Below, piece by piece: positions 12,090 through 27,451 of a stretch of DNA of 64,000 nt. This stretch comes from Octopus vulgaris (lineage: Eukaryota): positions 65,534,001 through 65,598,000 of the forward strand of contig OX597832.1 in the NCBI GenBank assembly GCA_951406725.2. Reading direction: 5' to 3'. Made by a program: the position numbers and the translations under genes. The stretch's first letter is position 1. The number at the start of each line of letters is the position of its first letter. The notes under the pieces were generated by a model that saw only the letters and a program-made list of their open reading frames with translations, made no database searches and had not been told where the DNA came from.

Positions 12090-12480
12090 AGACGAGCTTC
12101 TTTCAGTTTCCGTCTACCAAATCCGCTCGCAAGGCTTTGGTCAGCCTGAGGCTACAGTAGTAGAAATTTGCAGAAAGTGCCTCGCAGGGTGACTGGACCC
12201 GGAACCATGTAGCTGGTAAGTACGCTACTTACCACAGAGACACTCCTGCGCCTATATATATATATATATGATGTGTATTTTTGTGTGTCTTTGTGTTTGT
12301 CCCCTTCACCGCTTGACAAACGGTGTTGGCCTGTCGACATCCCGTAACTTAGGAGTGTTTCAGCAAAAGAGCCCGGTAGAATAAATAGACATAAAAAAAT
12401 TACTGGGGTCGATTCATTCGTCTACTATCCTTTAAGGCGGTGCCCTTGCATGGTCGCAGTCTAATGACTGAAACATAATA
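12090..12480. mobile_element. tRNA-related SINE with 5' half on minus (12090-12254) and 3' half on plus (12275-12480)
   Basis: The halves match the co-linear copies at 51883-52270(+) and 41020-41408(-). Confidence 0.75.
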
Positions 12481-12910
12481 GGTAAAATACGTGCATACAC
12501 ACACATACAATGACACACACGGAAACACACATATTATACGTCAGGAATGGAGAAATGGCAATTAGACAAAGTTGGGTTGTTTTTGTATGGCAACGTGGGT
12601 GATTGCTGAAGAAGTAATGCAGAAACGCAAAATGAGGGAAATACAGTTTACGCGGGAGATATTGATTTTAATGAAAGCTGCAAAATTTCACTCTTCAAAC
12701 GAAAATAAAAGAAAAGTAAAACAAAAATTCAATATTTGTAACCAAACAATCTAGCCAAAGAAGGATTTTAGTGAACAAAAGGAAAAACCTCCAAAGAGCA
12801 TACAAATATTTAATTTTGTTGCCAGTTTTACAGATTGAGACGAAATGAAAACGGAAGGGTGGAATAGATTAACAAGTATGAAAAAGGCAACAAATTTATT
12901 GTTGTTATTA

Positions 12911-12987
<77 letters not shown>

Positions 12988-13090
12988 TTTATTATTGTTA
13001 TTTTCATTGTTATTATTATTATTGTTGTTGTTGTTGCTGTCGTTGTTGTTATTATCGTTACTTTAATAACAATAATAACAACAACAACAA

Positions 13091-13213
<123 letters not shown>

Positions 13214-13221
13214 TGATGATG

Positions 13222-13259
<38 letters not shown>

Positions 13260-13755
13260 CCACACACTGCACATACACTATCATATAACAAAGGGATAAT
13301 GAAGGAGGCAAATATTGTAAGTAAAGAAGGAAAAGTAAATATAAGGGGGCAGATATCCCCACACATACACATCCCACAAAATACATAACAAACATATACG
13401 CAACAGTTGATAAAAATAAGGTATGTAACAAAAAGGGAGAAAAAAAAATTAAAAGACGCAAATAAGAAGCAAACAATCAAGAAGAAAAATAACAAAAAAA
13501 CAATATATAATTGAGAAGAAGATCAGCTCCAAGAATGCATGGATGTGAATGTATGAGATGAGCGTGTATATAGAAATGCAATGATGATACAAGTTAATAT
13601 CAGCTGAAGGAAATCTGATTAATCTAAAACTGCATACATTCACAGCCGCATAGACGTGTATGCGGAATAACAAATATTACAGACACACACACACACACAT
13701 GCACGCACACACACACATACATACCCACACGCACTCGCGTTCACGCGCGCGCACA

Positions 13756-13790
<35 letters not shown>

Positions 13791-14134
13791 TCGGTTCCCA
13801 ACACTTATCCGGCACAATTAAAGGTCATCTACGGCTTAATAAAATAGCATTGGTGCAATCGTTCGAGCTGCTTATAATCTATCTGTCTCCCTATTTCCTG
13901 TCTCTTTCTCTCTCACTCTCTCACTGTCTCTCTTTCACACACACTCACAGGCCGCTCCATCCCCACTCAAACACACACATATACACCTCCACGAACTTCT
14001 TTGAAATGTCACCACACTGTTTTAGCTCATTACTGATGATGATGATGATGATGATGACGGTAGTGTGATGGTACTAGCTGTGGTGATAGTGATCTTATCG
14101 GTGGTAGATGTGTCAAGAGAATAGAGTTGATATA

Positions 14135-14530
14135 GGAGTACTCCTGAGACAGCCACAGAAAATGACGAAGCAACCTCCTTCTAGGATATGCTGCAGAGAG
14201 AAAGATTTAGGCTAATGGACCTGACAGTATCATCGAGGACCACTATGGGAAAGGAATCTCTTTCATTCGAGATATCATTCCCAACAGAGTGTGTCCGAAT
14301 CACAGTGTATCCGTAAAAGAAATGGGGATATTGAGGAAATAATTATCTATGGGGACATAATAATAAAACGAAAGTGCGCCTAAAAACAGGAACAGACCCT
14401 AAATATTATTTGTTACTTTAGGACTTATCAAAGTACTCACAAATTATGACGGAAACTCTGGGAGTTCCGAATATATATAACATTGATCAAGCTTATGCTA
14501 ATCCAAGCAGGCTCTTTTCGATGACCTTAA
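14135..14530 (+). pseudogene. Old, degenerate R4/Dong RLE-domain remnant
   Basis: Reads TPETATENDEATSF*DM..ANGPDSIIEDH..VSVKEM..LGLIK..PNIYNI, compared with TPEKVTENEKATILWDM..ANRPDIVVRDH..VSLKEM in the young copies. Confidence 0.65.
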
Positions 14531-16194
14531 ATGCACTTGGAGGAACTTGCAGTTTCTAATCAGATCGATTGTAACGAAATAAATCTAATGATGAACACAA
14601 TAATCGTAGGCTAAATTATTAGATAAGAGGGAATATAAGGATATGTTTTATTGACAACACGCTAATTTTGTAATTTAAGTTTAATACAAGATGTACCTTC
14701 TCTGAGAATCTGAGACTTTCTCTTCATTAGAATACCGTTAGGAAAAAAAAAGGAAAAGAAAGCAAAAACAAAGCGAAAAGATTTCAAGGCCGATTGATGG
14801 GAAAAATAAAAGCAAAAAAAAATAAACATGCATGTGTTGGACCCCTGCAAAATCCCTGTTGACTTTATTGCAGTTGAATAGGCATGATCTCTGTTCTCAG
14901 AAAGCTGCTTTACTATCAGAAGGATGAAAAATGTTTTTAAGGAATCAAGGGCGACGTTAGCTAATATGGTCAAGGTGTCCTTCCGAATCATAGAAAGGGG
15001 AATATGATGTTTGAAAAGTGAGTTTGCTATTTCTAGTACGTCAAGCAAACACGATGTTTTTCACCAAAGTGCAAACATCCGTCAAATATAACAACTAACA
15101 GATAACTGCAGGGTGTCTTTTAGTAATATAAAATTCAGACTGTGACCCATATAATCGAAGCTGGAAGGTAAAGAATAAAATGCATTAAAGTAAAAATTTC
15201 TTTTACTTAGGTAGCGTGAAAGGGGAAGAAAGAAAGAAGGAAAGGGGAGAAAGAAATGCTTGTAGAACCAACAGCATAAATGTAAGGTAAAATAATAAAC
15301 GGTGACATTCAGAGAATTTATTCAAAACGAATCGTAGGTGTAGACAGGTCGAAAATTGAAAAATAGCTAAGTAGAATTATAAGCAAATATTACGATTTCT
15401 TTCCTTCACTCCCTTCTCACTCTCTCTTATTCTCTCTCTCTCACTCTCTCTATGATATATATATATCTCTTCTCTTTCCTCTGATTCTTTGGTCTAATCT
15501 TCCACTACCCTCCTAATTCTTTGTCTCGCTCTGCACTCACAGGTCAATCTTCGACACCCATCCCTTCTCCTCTCTGATTCCTTCTTTCTCTCTCTTCTCT
15601 CTCTTTGTTGCGTTTGTCCCTCCTCTCTCTCTCTCCTCTCTCTCTCTCTTCCGTTGCTTCTCTCTCTTTTCTTTTCTCTCTTCTCTGTCACGTGACTGCT
15701 GGCCGAAATCTGCCTTTCAGCTCCGGACCAGCGTCGTGTTAACATCGTTGTTTTTCGTCCGCCGCTATAGGCGTTCCTTGCGCCAGAGAAATAATTTGTT
15801 TGCTTGTTATCAGTCGTAAGACACTTGTTGTTGTTTTCACCGTTAATGCTTCTGTATTTCATGTTTCTGTATTCCATTATTTTTTTATATTCGTCCCTTT
15901 TGCTGTCCTGGTGTCCGTATGCATTCGATCCTTCTTCCAGGAAATCTACGCTCCCAGCATAGTTTTTCTAATGCTCGTTGCTTAGTTTTTCTTGGAGGGC
16001 TGGCCGTGATCTAGTAATCTCAAGATTAATCAGCCGAAATTACTACGATGATCCGGTTCTTGACTGAAGACTGAGGGTTTCGAATGTCCTGTCCGTGTTT
16101 ATTGTATCGTCTTCTAAGAGTTATACGTTCTTGTCCATGTTGTATTTTTCTACATACCTTAATATATATATATATATATATATATAACGGGATG

Positions 16195-16263
<69 letters not shown>

Positions 16264-17309
16264 TATATCTATACATATATGTACATACATATATACACAT
16301 ATACACACACACACACATATATATATGTATATTATATGATAATATCTATTTTTATGATCAGTTGTAATAAAAACCTAACATTAATCTGATGGATTACTGA
16401 ATATTTTGTAGAGTACAAATTTATTACCCTGAACAAAACTATCATTGAGAGTGACTTCGAATCTTTGTCCAGTTAACCTACCTTGAAATATATTTATATT
16501 ATATACATACATATATATAAATATATATATATATATACATACATATATTTTTTTCTGTACATATTTATATGTGTGTGTGTGTGCGCTTACAGATGGAAAT
16601 TGTGGGCAATAATAATAAAGCAACTTTGGGAACCCTACCATCTCAGACTTGTATAACAGAACGTTAGATTTGGAGAATTTTGTATTGCTGTGACATTTGT
16701 CAATCAGTGTAATGCAACAGGAAAAACAATATTGCTGGTTTTAACAATTGGTGTCTTACTGTCTTGCTGAATGCTTCCATTTCCCAGATCCAGTAACTGA
16801 GCTGCAAATATAGCATCCAAATCTATGAATAAACGGACTCCTTCGAAATTCCGTTCCGGTCTGAAATCTGATTTGGGCAGAAAGTCCGACTTTGGCCGAA
16901 AGTACGAGTTCTGCAATATTTATTTCTGAACGCTTCACTTCACAATCTTCAGTTAAATTCCAAACCTCACGAACACAAAACATTTCACTCTAACGTGGAC
17001 CTAGCTTTAAATAAACTGAATTAAAAATATTTTTTAAATTCACAAAGTTTTGGCATTACTTAAAATGCAGGTTAAATGAAAAATATGAATTTTTATCTTT
17101 CAGCATATAAGAAATCCTCATCAGAAATTGATTCCAATGCTGGATGTTCAAGAATGAAATCAGGGGCATATTATTAATCCCGTGATCATGCAGATTACAA
17201 TATAACATAGGCTATAATATGCCTTTGTAGAACAAGTATAAACCGAGATACAAGGGTCCTGGAGGGACGGACAGATAGAGTTTTGCGTTTATTATAATAT
17301 ATTATAATA

Positions 17310-17411
17310 ATATATATAATATAATATAATAATATAATATAATATAATATAGTATAACATAATATAATATAATATAATATAATATAATATAATATAATAT
17401 AATATAATATA

Positions 17412-17420
<9 letters not shown>
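17310..17420. repeat. (AATAT)n pentanucleotide microsatellite
   Basis: Directly visible. Confidence 0.9.
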
Positions 17421-17476
<56 letters not shown>

Positions 17477-17598
17477 CAATCCCTACTTTTCTTTTCCTCT
17501 ATCGAAGAGCGTAGTTTTGAAACGTAAAAGACTTTTGCGTTCTTCGCAAGCGTAAAACAAATACATCTGCTTTTCCTTTCCACACGTCATCTATAGTT

Positions 17599-17661
<63 letters not shown>

Positions 17662-18034
17662 AAAACGAGTGTTACAATCAATCAGGTCACCGGAATACTT
17701 AGTCTACTGGTGAAATTTGCCACGGAAATTTGCCAAGCATAGCCTTAAAGTAGTTCTAAGGGAGATTCAGCGTGATACAGAGCTTTAAATAGCTGGCCCT
17801 TTGAAATAGGGATACTATCCAGTTTTTCCAAATGGGTGGGCTGGTTCAACGCGAAATAAAGTGTCATGCTCGAAGACAAAACGCACCACCGTGAATCGGA
17901 CTCATAAATTTACGATCACGAATGGATACCGTAACCAGCTCACCTGCGACGGACCGGCGTCCCGTCCAGTGGGAAACCGTGAAACCGGCCCTATGAGACA
18001 GGCGTGGCTCGAGAAGGAACAAACAACAATATAT

Positions 18035-18083
<49 letters not shown>

Positions 18084-18115
18084 GCACTTGTGTATCTATC
18101 TATCTAACTATCTAT

Positions 18116-18189
<74 letters not shown>

Positions 18190-19486
18190 CACACTTACAC
18201 ATATAAATACACGTATAGATAATATATGTGTGTACGTCGATATAAGAGAGGAATGATGTCGATGATGATGACATTGAAGATGACGGTGATGTTGTACTTA
18301 ATTAACTACATACCACTTAATTATGTTTCACATAGTATAATTAGTTGCTCGCGCATCACTAAACTTTGTTACGATGTCATCTCTTTATTACATATTAGGA
18401 CTTTAAACGTCAATTAAAAAGTCGTTGTTATTACATTAATCATTGTAACTTCCTTGGCCGTTGGTACTATACTACAGTATGATCCGGTAATCCGTTTTCT
18501 CCCGTGTGAGCAGCTACATCAGGGGAGCTCGCGATATATCAGAGACTATTACCAAAGAGAAATACGTTTAGCCTTCATACCATCACGGACTATAGATAGA
18601 AAATATCAAAAACGATTAACTCCCCTCCCGAAGATTCCTCCTCTCACCTCTTCAAAACCACTCGCTCACCGTCTCACTTCATCTCCTCGCCGCCGTTTCA
18701 TCTTCCTATATTATACTCATTATTTATATTACTGATATCTATGCACGTTCTCGATAAACGGCCATCTTTTCCTATAATACAATATTTTCAATATAAAAGC
18801 GCTTGATTATTATTATTATTCATGTATTAGCAGGATCTGAAGTATGATTTTTGAAAACTATTGTATGCAAAGACGTTTCGGTTAGGGTCACCTCATTTAT
18901 TTTACGAATACATTATCAAATATGACCTTCTTTGTTTAAGAAAACATCGTGTTATTACAATCTTACACAATTGCTAATTCTTGCAGATTAATCCATTCAA
19001 TAGAATCTTCTTCTGTGATATAAACGCTAACAAGTTGGAAGACACCATATTAATATTAATACAGATATTGATGTTTATGAAGATTATTAACGATTATTTT
19101 TATAACGATATTAACAAAGTGGGAGACAGCTTGTTAATATTAATGTTAATATTAACATACAACACCAAGAGAGAAATTCTATGAGATTGTGATACCTGCA
19201 ACAGCCAGAAGCCATGTTTCCCCAGAAAAGTAGCTTTGTATACTGCCAGTTTGAAAAGTAGCGACTATTAATACGAGTCTTGTCCTTTGCTTGTTTCAGT
19301 CATTAGACTACGACCAGGCTAAGGCAACGCATTTTAGGGTTTTGATGGAACAGATCAGCCACAGTACACATTTTTATTTTTAAGGATTGCTATGATTCCA
19401 TTTGTCTCTCTTTCCGAATGGGAAACTTAGTGGGAAAGAAGTCTTGAAGGGTGAAGCACATACACAAAAATTCAAACACATATAGA

Positions 19487-19720
19487 GGCGCAATGGCCTA
19501 GTGGTTAGGGCAGCGGACTCGCGGTCGCAGGATCGCGGTTTCGATTCTCAGACCGGGCGTTGTGTGTGTTTATTGAGCGAAAACACCTAAAAGCTCTACG
19601 AGGCTCCGGCAGGGGGTGGTGATCCCTGCTGTACTCTTTCACCACAATGGCGGTGCCCCAGCATGGCCACAGCTCAAGGGCTGAAACTGGAAAAACAAAA
19701 ACAAACAAACAAAAACAAAA
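19487..19720 (+). mobile_element. tRNA-derived SINE with Pol III A and B boxes and a CR1-like tail
   Basis: A box TGGCCTAGTGG (19494-19504), B box GGTTTCGATTC (19537-19547); tail GGCGGTGCCCCAGCATGGCC..CTGAAA shared with the LINE end at 4267-4305. Confidence 0.8.
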
Positions 19721-19734
19721 CATGTATAAATACA

Positions 19735-19850
<116 letters not shown>

Positions 19851-21794
19851 ACGAGCTTCCACATAGGTTTAGCAAATTCATTGATAAGGCTTTGGTTGAC
19901 TTCAGGGTATAGACGAAAATACAAGCCCAAAGTGCCGTGCAGCGATACGAAACAGGAAACCAGGTAGTTGTAAAGTAGACAGTTTAACTGCACAGCCATG
20001 CCTACATCATACCTCACTGAAAACAATGTCCGGACAATTTTGTATGCCAAGATCTGGTTCATATTAGAGGCACTTCTCAGATACATAGCATAAAGTTAAT
20101 GATATTTCCAACGTGTCTAGCTGCCTTATTCTCGTTTTGTAACCGGCAAAACGAATTGTGGAGAATATCATGTTGTTCCGTGTAGAGGTTTCGTTGTTAG
20201 TTCCTTATGTCTGTTTTAAAAATGATTTCCTCATTTATCAATGAATAACAAATATGTGTCTATAAATATCATACAATGAGTAATTCCATTATTTTACGCT
20301 ACGGGATGAATTACACAATAAATATTCGTTGTGTCTCCAATATTTGAGGTCAGTACTATACGTAAAGTTGAGCGGTGTCCTGGTTCTAAATACCATGCTT
20401 CCAAGTTCGATATTACAAAGCGGCATCTTTAGTTCATGTTCACTGCAATAGTCACACATTGAATAATCCGACATGAAAGCAACATCAAAATCGGAGACGC
20501 GTTCATAAGATTGTCACAGACACGCATACACAAACATATACACAAGCAACACAATCGCGATCGGTTATTATTTCTCTCTCTCTCTCTCTCTCTCTCTTCA
20601 ATTTCTATTGATTTATCGTAATCAAATAGAAGAATATCATGAAAGCCGATAATTTGTATTATACATTTGCGTGTATTTTCAGTGTTAATATTTATTCAGT
20701 GTGTGTCTGTAGGTGCGTGTGACTGTGTATACATTGGATTGTTCATATATGTGCATAAAAGTATTGTACGGAATTTGTTTAAAAGTGTGATAAGAATTTA
20801 TGTGAGGAATTTAGGGCGCAAACAAGGTAAAAATTAAGTTCCATTTTCCTAATTAAGTCTTCACCTGAATTTCCTTTCCCCAAATTCACCCAACATAAAA
20901 TTTAAAATGCTATTGTAAAGGTGCTTGGTTTGTGGTGAGGTAGTTGTACTCACAATCACGGGATCGATTCTTGCACCAAGCTTTGCGTTGTGTTCTGGAA
21001 ATAAACACTGCATTTGAAGTTGCTTCTAGTCAGAGAAACAGGGCAACCGGATCTCCGACACTTAAGACGCGAGATTGTAATGTCAATAAGCTGATGACGA
21101 TGATAAATCTTATTCACAAACTAAGAAAATAATGTAACCGATGCCTTTAAGATTGCCTAGAAATAAAGACTATCACCACATCAATATTGGCTTCAAATTT
21201 TGGCCCAAGACCAGCAATTTTAGAGGAGGATGTAAGTTGATAAAATCGACCTCAGTGTTCAGAGGGAACTTATTTTATCGACTCAGAAAGACATGAAAAT
21301 CAAAATTAACCTCGGTAGAATTTAAACTCAGAACGTAAAGACGGACGAAATGCCGCTATGAATTTTGCCCGACTGGAAAACGATTCTGGTAGCTGGCAAT
21401 CCTATTAACATAGTAATATTATCCTCATGGAATTAAGCTTTACCTTTTCACTTTTTTGTGCTGTTTGAATAAGCTGCCAAGCGAAACCTAAACCCGAAAC
21501 GTATTTGGACGTCATTTTAATTGTGAGATTCTTACAATAATATAAAACACCCATCGATTTTTATCCATATAATTACTTCAAACAAAGAAGATTCAAATTC
21601 ACATTTATACAGAAGTACATACGTGAAGCACACACGCAAACAAGGGCGAGCACAAACTCGTATAAAAATGTATATGTATGTACACACACACACACACATA
21701 TATATATACATATACATAAATACATATGTATGTATGTATATATATATACATATATATACATATGTATGTATATATATATATACATATATATATG

Positions 21795-21838
<44 letters not shown>

Positions 21839-21846
21839 TGTATGCA

Positions 21847-21900
<54 letters not shown>

Positions 21901-22132
21901 TATATACATATATATATATATACATATATGCATATATATATATATATGACACAGGAACTTAGTTTGATTTGAAAACCCCACTAGAATGGGAGAAAGCGCT
22001 AATACATGATCTAAGTTATGTGATGTATAAAAACATGTAATATACAAATAAATATCTGTAAATATAAAACCATCCGAATTTCTGAGTACCTCATTTCTTC
22101 TAATATAAAATACCTGTGCATCATCTCCAAAA

Positions 22133-22249
<117 letters not shown>

Positions 22250-22601
22250 GTATATATATATGTATTCATGTGTGTGTGTGTATGTATTCCTATCTACAAA
22301 TAATAATGATCGTGTATGTGTGTGTGTGCTGTGTATATGCTCCCCTATGGGAAAAAGTCTTATGGTAGAGTATATATATATTTCGTCTGGAACACTACCC
22401 ATAAGTGATTGTATATTTCTAATTAGCAGGATATTGGCATTTGCCGCAAATGCATCCATCTGACGTCGTTACGTCAACTACTTATTATGTCTACATTGAA
22501 TATATTTTATATGAAACTAATTGATAGAAATAATCAAATTATAGCTTTGATGTTGTACGATTTCCAACAGGCTCTCTCTAAATAATAACAATATTTAATG
22601 A

Positions 22602-22647
<46 letters not shown>

Positions 22648-22795
22648 GATAATGATGTCAATGATTATATGTGTATATATACATAAGTATATCAAGTGAG
22701 CTGAAGAGAATATGAGAGAAAATTATATACGTATACACCCGCACATATGCGTGTACATATAGATATATATGTGTGTGTGTGCCTGTCTGTATGTA

Positions 22796-22834
<39 letters not shown>

Positions 22835-23060
22835 TGATAATTATACAAAAACGCAGTGTTTTCTCAACGGTAAAGCGGTATAAAATTGATTAATATTTAC
22901 TAATGAAAATGTGTAATTATTTTGTCTTCAACAAAAGATTTGAAACAGAAAAATAAGACCAATACTTTTATAGGTTCTTGGTGCGTTCTAAATATATCAG
23001 TATTTGCAATGTAATCGCCACAAAAGGATATGTATATAATTAAATCTTTACATAGATATA

Positions 23061-23128
<68 letters not shown>

Positions 23129-23719
23129 TATATGAAAGGTATGAGAGGTATTGGTATCCAGAAGAACCAAGGTAGCATATAACGCTATGTAAGTGCTATG
23201 GAAGGGCCGTAGTTAAACTCTCGGTAATGATACAAGGGAGAACATAGATGTATATATATTTCACCACCTCCTCCTCCTTCTTCTTCTTCTTCATCGTCGT
23301 CGTTTTCTTTTTCCTATTGTGGCCCAACTTCTTGCGGTCACCTTATTGGAGAAGTCGCCGGTGTGACAGAATCAAAGTTGGGAACAATGAGAGTTTCAAC
23401 TTCACAATGCGGATGCATCAGGATGTGTACTGTCACTATTTTAGATCCCACAGTGTTTCGATTTCATCACGAAGAAATCGATAGAGCATCCAGCACACAA
23501 CATTAAGCAAGGACAGCAAACACTCAAAGACCTTAATTTAGCTAACGACATTTAACTCCTTAGTGATACATGAGCGGTAATGTAACATATGACATTCAAT
23601 CTCAGTAGCAACTGCTCAAACGTGAATCTGCCGAGCAGTAATGGGAAAACATTTCATGAATATTAATGAGGTACAGCAGCGACAATTTCTGCTCTGGTAG
23701 TAATTGATTCGTGCAGTAA

Positions 23720-24110
23720 CACTAGAAACAGGGAAACGGATGTGGAGGAGATAATTGGCAATGCTACAGTTGTCTGCAATCGCCTGGCGCTTGTATAATT
23801 AAATTTCCCCACCGACCAAGTTACCGTACATTTCATGTAATGATCTGCAGTGAAACTGATGGAGAATTATGTCAGTACGTTTTGGCCAGAAAACCCAGCA
23901 GAATATGTAACCACCATGGTTTTTTTTTCATAGATGTTTCACTAGGATCGAACTATGTTTTGGCACTGCCATTTTGTGGATGCAGAAGAAGAGGAGATCG
24001 CCTTGGAAGTTGGACTTTAGCTGAACTTACGACTATACTTACTGGAGAACTTACAGCAACCGAGTCTTCACGAACAATGGAAGAAATTATGACGAAAATG
24101 ATAACAGTTA
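23720..24110 (+). pseudogene. Possible highly decayed RTE-type LINE 3' region
   Basis: ICNHHG..CGCRRRGDR..SWTLAEL resembles the RTE C-terminal G.RRRGRP..W motif; weak. Confidence 0.3.
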
Positions 24111-24121
24111 TGCACATGAAA

Positions 24122-24301
<180 letters not shown>

Positions 24302-24316
24302 ATTATTATTATTATT

Positions 24317-25093
24317 CAGTAGTTTTATTTTTTATAGCGTGGTTTCACTTCACTACCGAGCGCAGCTCTGTGTGCCTTGGGTATGTGCTGTGATTTGTTG
24401 TGATGCTCTGATGGTTATTGTATGGAAAGTGTTCTGCGTAGGATGTGTGCAGTGCTAGTAGTGCAATTTTCTGTATGTTATATGTGTTTGTAAGTCGTGG
24501 TGTATTTGTTATGTATTTGTCTGAATATTTTTTTATCATGCCTAATGTACCTACTATGATAGGAATTGTTTCTGTTTTCAGATTCCACATTCTGGTTACC
24601 TCTATTTCCAGGTCTTTGTATTTTGAGAGTTTCTCCATTTCTTTTAGAGAAACGTTGTCATCTGCCGGTATTGATACATCAATTAGAAAGCATTTTTTTC
24701 TTCATGATCCCTGACAACTATATCTGGTCTGTTGGCCTTAATTTCTCGATCTGTGTGTATCGGCATATCCCAGAGTATGGTTGCTTTCTCGTTTTTCTGT
24801 GACCTTTTCTGGTGTGTGCATATACCATCTTTTTTTTGTTGTTATTCCATAATGTTGGCTTAGCTTCCAGTGTATGTAGGTTCCAACTCCGTCATGTCTG
24901 TGAATATATTCCTTCTTAGCCAGGACTGGGCAGCCAGACATAATATGATTTATTGTTTCTTGTCCATCTCCACATATTCTGCAGTTACTTGTTATATTTC
25001 TTTTCATTACATGTTTTTGGTAATTTCTGGTGGGGAGGCTTTGGTCTTCTTCTGCAATTAAAGATCCCTCTGTCTCTGATTTGAGTCCTGAGC
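24317..25093 (-). mobile_element. R4/Dong-type LINE family A, 5'-truncated, frameshifted
   Basis: SSGLKSETEG..DQSLPTRNYQ..CRICG..ETINHIMSGC (CCHC) ..RHD..PD..KYKDL; flanked by (TTA)n and (TTC)n. Confidence 0.9.
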
Positions 25094-25125
25094 TTCTTCT
25101 TCTTCTTCTTCTTCTTCTTCTTCTT

Positions 25126-25233
<108 letters not shown>

Positions 25234-25264
25234 GTTATTATTATTATTATTATTATTATTAATC

Positions 25265-25305
<41 letters not shown>

Positions 25306-25321
25306 ATTATTATTATTATTA

Positions 25322-25364
<43 letters not shown>

Positions 25365-25427
25365 CATCATCATCATCATCATCGTCATTATCATCATTAA
25401 TTTTATTATTATTATTTTTTTTATTTT

Positions 25428-26657
25428 TGCATATTAAAACTGAAAATATCTGTGTGTGTGTGTATGTGTGTGTATCGCTATGTCCTCACTTTGCACCAAA
25501 ACCGCTTGACCGATTTTTCTTAAACTTCACACGCATATTCTTTATGTGTCTTGGGAGGTTTTAAATATATATTGATTTCGAAAAAATGTTTCCGTAATCG
25601 GCGGGTGGAATAACATTTGGGCGCGGTTGAACGGCGGGTATAATTATTTTTAAGCTTACAAGGGAAATAACCCATTCCCTCCTTCGTAAATTATTTTTAA
25701 ACTTCCAAGGGAAATTACCCATTCCCTCCTTCGTAACTGTTTTGGTAAAAATGAAATTGAGCATACTTATTTCTTAGTAATTCAACTATTTTAGTTATTT
25801 TCTCAATATATCCAGTACAAGGCTAAAACAAGTTAATAGTATTCTCCTCAAAAATACATCCAATTATTTCGGTTAGCGACTTTTTCACGAATATGCCAAC
25901 ACTAGCGCCGGTGAGGGTAATATTTTCTGGGATCGCAAAAAAGCTTTTTCACAGTTAATTACCGTGAATTGTTATTATCTCATAAATGTTATCACTAAAT
26001 AACATGTTTCACAATTTTAGTAAACATACCTTATTAGTATTTCCTCCTATGTTCCGTATACTCTGGGAACATATTAAAGCCCCTTTCGGGGTTACTTTAT
26101 TTGAATTCATACTATAGGGTAATTAATTTCATGTTATTACATAACTGACTTCACAATTTGGGTATTCATAACTTATTGGGAATTCCTAAATACAAGATAC
26201 TTTGTAAGCCAGCTCGGTATTCTCAATAAATGCACAAAAACCGTTTTAAGGGATACATTCATTGTACAGTTGTTGCTGGATTAGTGAAACAATTATAAGA
26301 ATGGAACGAAGGGATAAGCTCGCTTTCCCGAGGATTACCGGGCATATCACCTGGTAGATATATATATATATATGTGTTGTATATATGTGTATATTTGTGC
26401 ATGTGTGTGGTGCTTCTTGTGTTTGTACTCCCACCATTGCTAGACAACTGATGTTGCTGTGTTTACATTCCTGTACTTAGCGGTTTGGTAAAATACTCTG
26501 ACAGACTGAGTACTAGGCTTACAAAGAATAAATCCTGTAGTTGATAACTTCGATCAACGGCGGTGCTCCAGCATGGCCGCAGTCACATGACTGAAACAAG
26601 AAAAGCAATAAAAATTTATGCAATTTCAATCCCGAGCTAAGCCGGGTAAGTCTTCTA

Positions 26658-26659
<2 letters not shown>
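25428..26659 (+). mobile_element. Probable non-autonomous Helitron with nested SINE (~26360-26610)
   Basis: 3' hairpin CCCGAGCTAAGCCGGG (26631-26646) followed by CTAG|T (26655-26659); 5' region with (TG)n and AAACCGCTTGACCGATTTTT resembles invertebrate non-autonomous Helitron starts; 5' TC not clear. Confidence 0.6.
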
Positions 26660-26717
<58 letters not shown>

Positions 26718-26786
26718 GTTACTAAAAGTAATTATAATAATAATGATAATAATAATAATAATCATAAATATAATAATAATAATAAT

Positions 26787-27342
26787 ATGCCCTGATGCAG
26801 TACCAGGCAGTGGCTCTCGTGGCTTCTGATCTTAACTGATTGGAAGTGTTATCATGTACATTGTTTTGACTTGGTATAAAAGATGGGCTACAGCAAATAT
26901 TCTGCTCAATACCACAGATTTGCTTGTCAGTTGTTTGACCTTAACCAGTTGAGCATGTCCCTTAGTGGCTGACGATATGTGCATCTCTGATCACGAGCAG
27001 AAGTAGTGGGGGAGCATCATAGCCATGTGTTGAGAGGGATTCTTTGGGGTTTGAATAATTCACCTCTGGAAACATGGGTGGTTCTTTCAACATCCTTAAA
27101 CAACCCTTATTCGGGGACCTTTTGAGCGGGATGGGCTACTCAACCTGAAGAAAATTCTAACTGGGCTCCACCTGCAAGGTCATGTGCTGTTTATCTTGAT
27201 ATGAGATCACCATGTCGCGCACATATGGTTGTGATGCATGTGCCTGGTGTACCCTTATCAGACGGGTAGTCATGATGGGTATATTGGGCTTCGTATATTT
27301 TACCCCAGTGTCACATTGATGGCATGCACTGCTCTCTCACTC
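26787..27342 (+). mobile_element. Non-coding (TAA)n-targeted retroelement 'E', longest copy (~556 bp)
   Basis: Embedded in (TAA)n on both sides; matches 1815-2278 and 56381-56536. Confidence 0.8.

Positions 27343-27451
<109 letters not shown>

Noticed and set aside
16704-16983. Non-repetitive short ORFs as possible host exons
   Set aside because: No recognisable protein similarity; stops in all frames soon after the candidate acceptor
17495-17535. Hammerhead-like TCGAAGAG..GAAACGTA (also weak motifs near 270-305, 3145-3175 and 18865-18900)
   Set aside because: Core or stems too degenerate to call from single copies
19487-19560. tRNA gene
   Set aside because: A and B boxes are present but there is no clean cloverleaf, and the sequence continues into a SINE body and LINE-like tail
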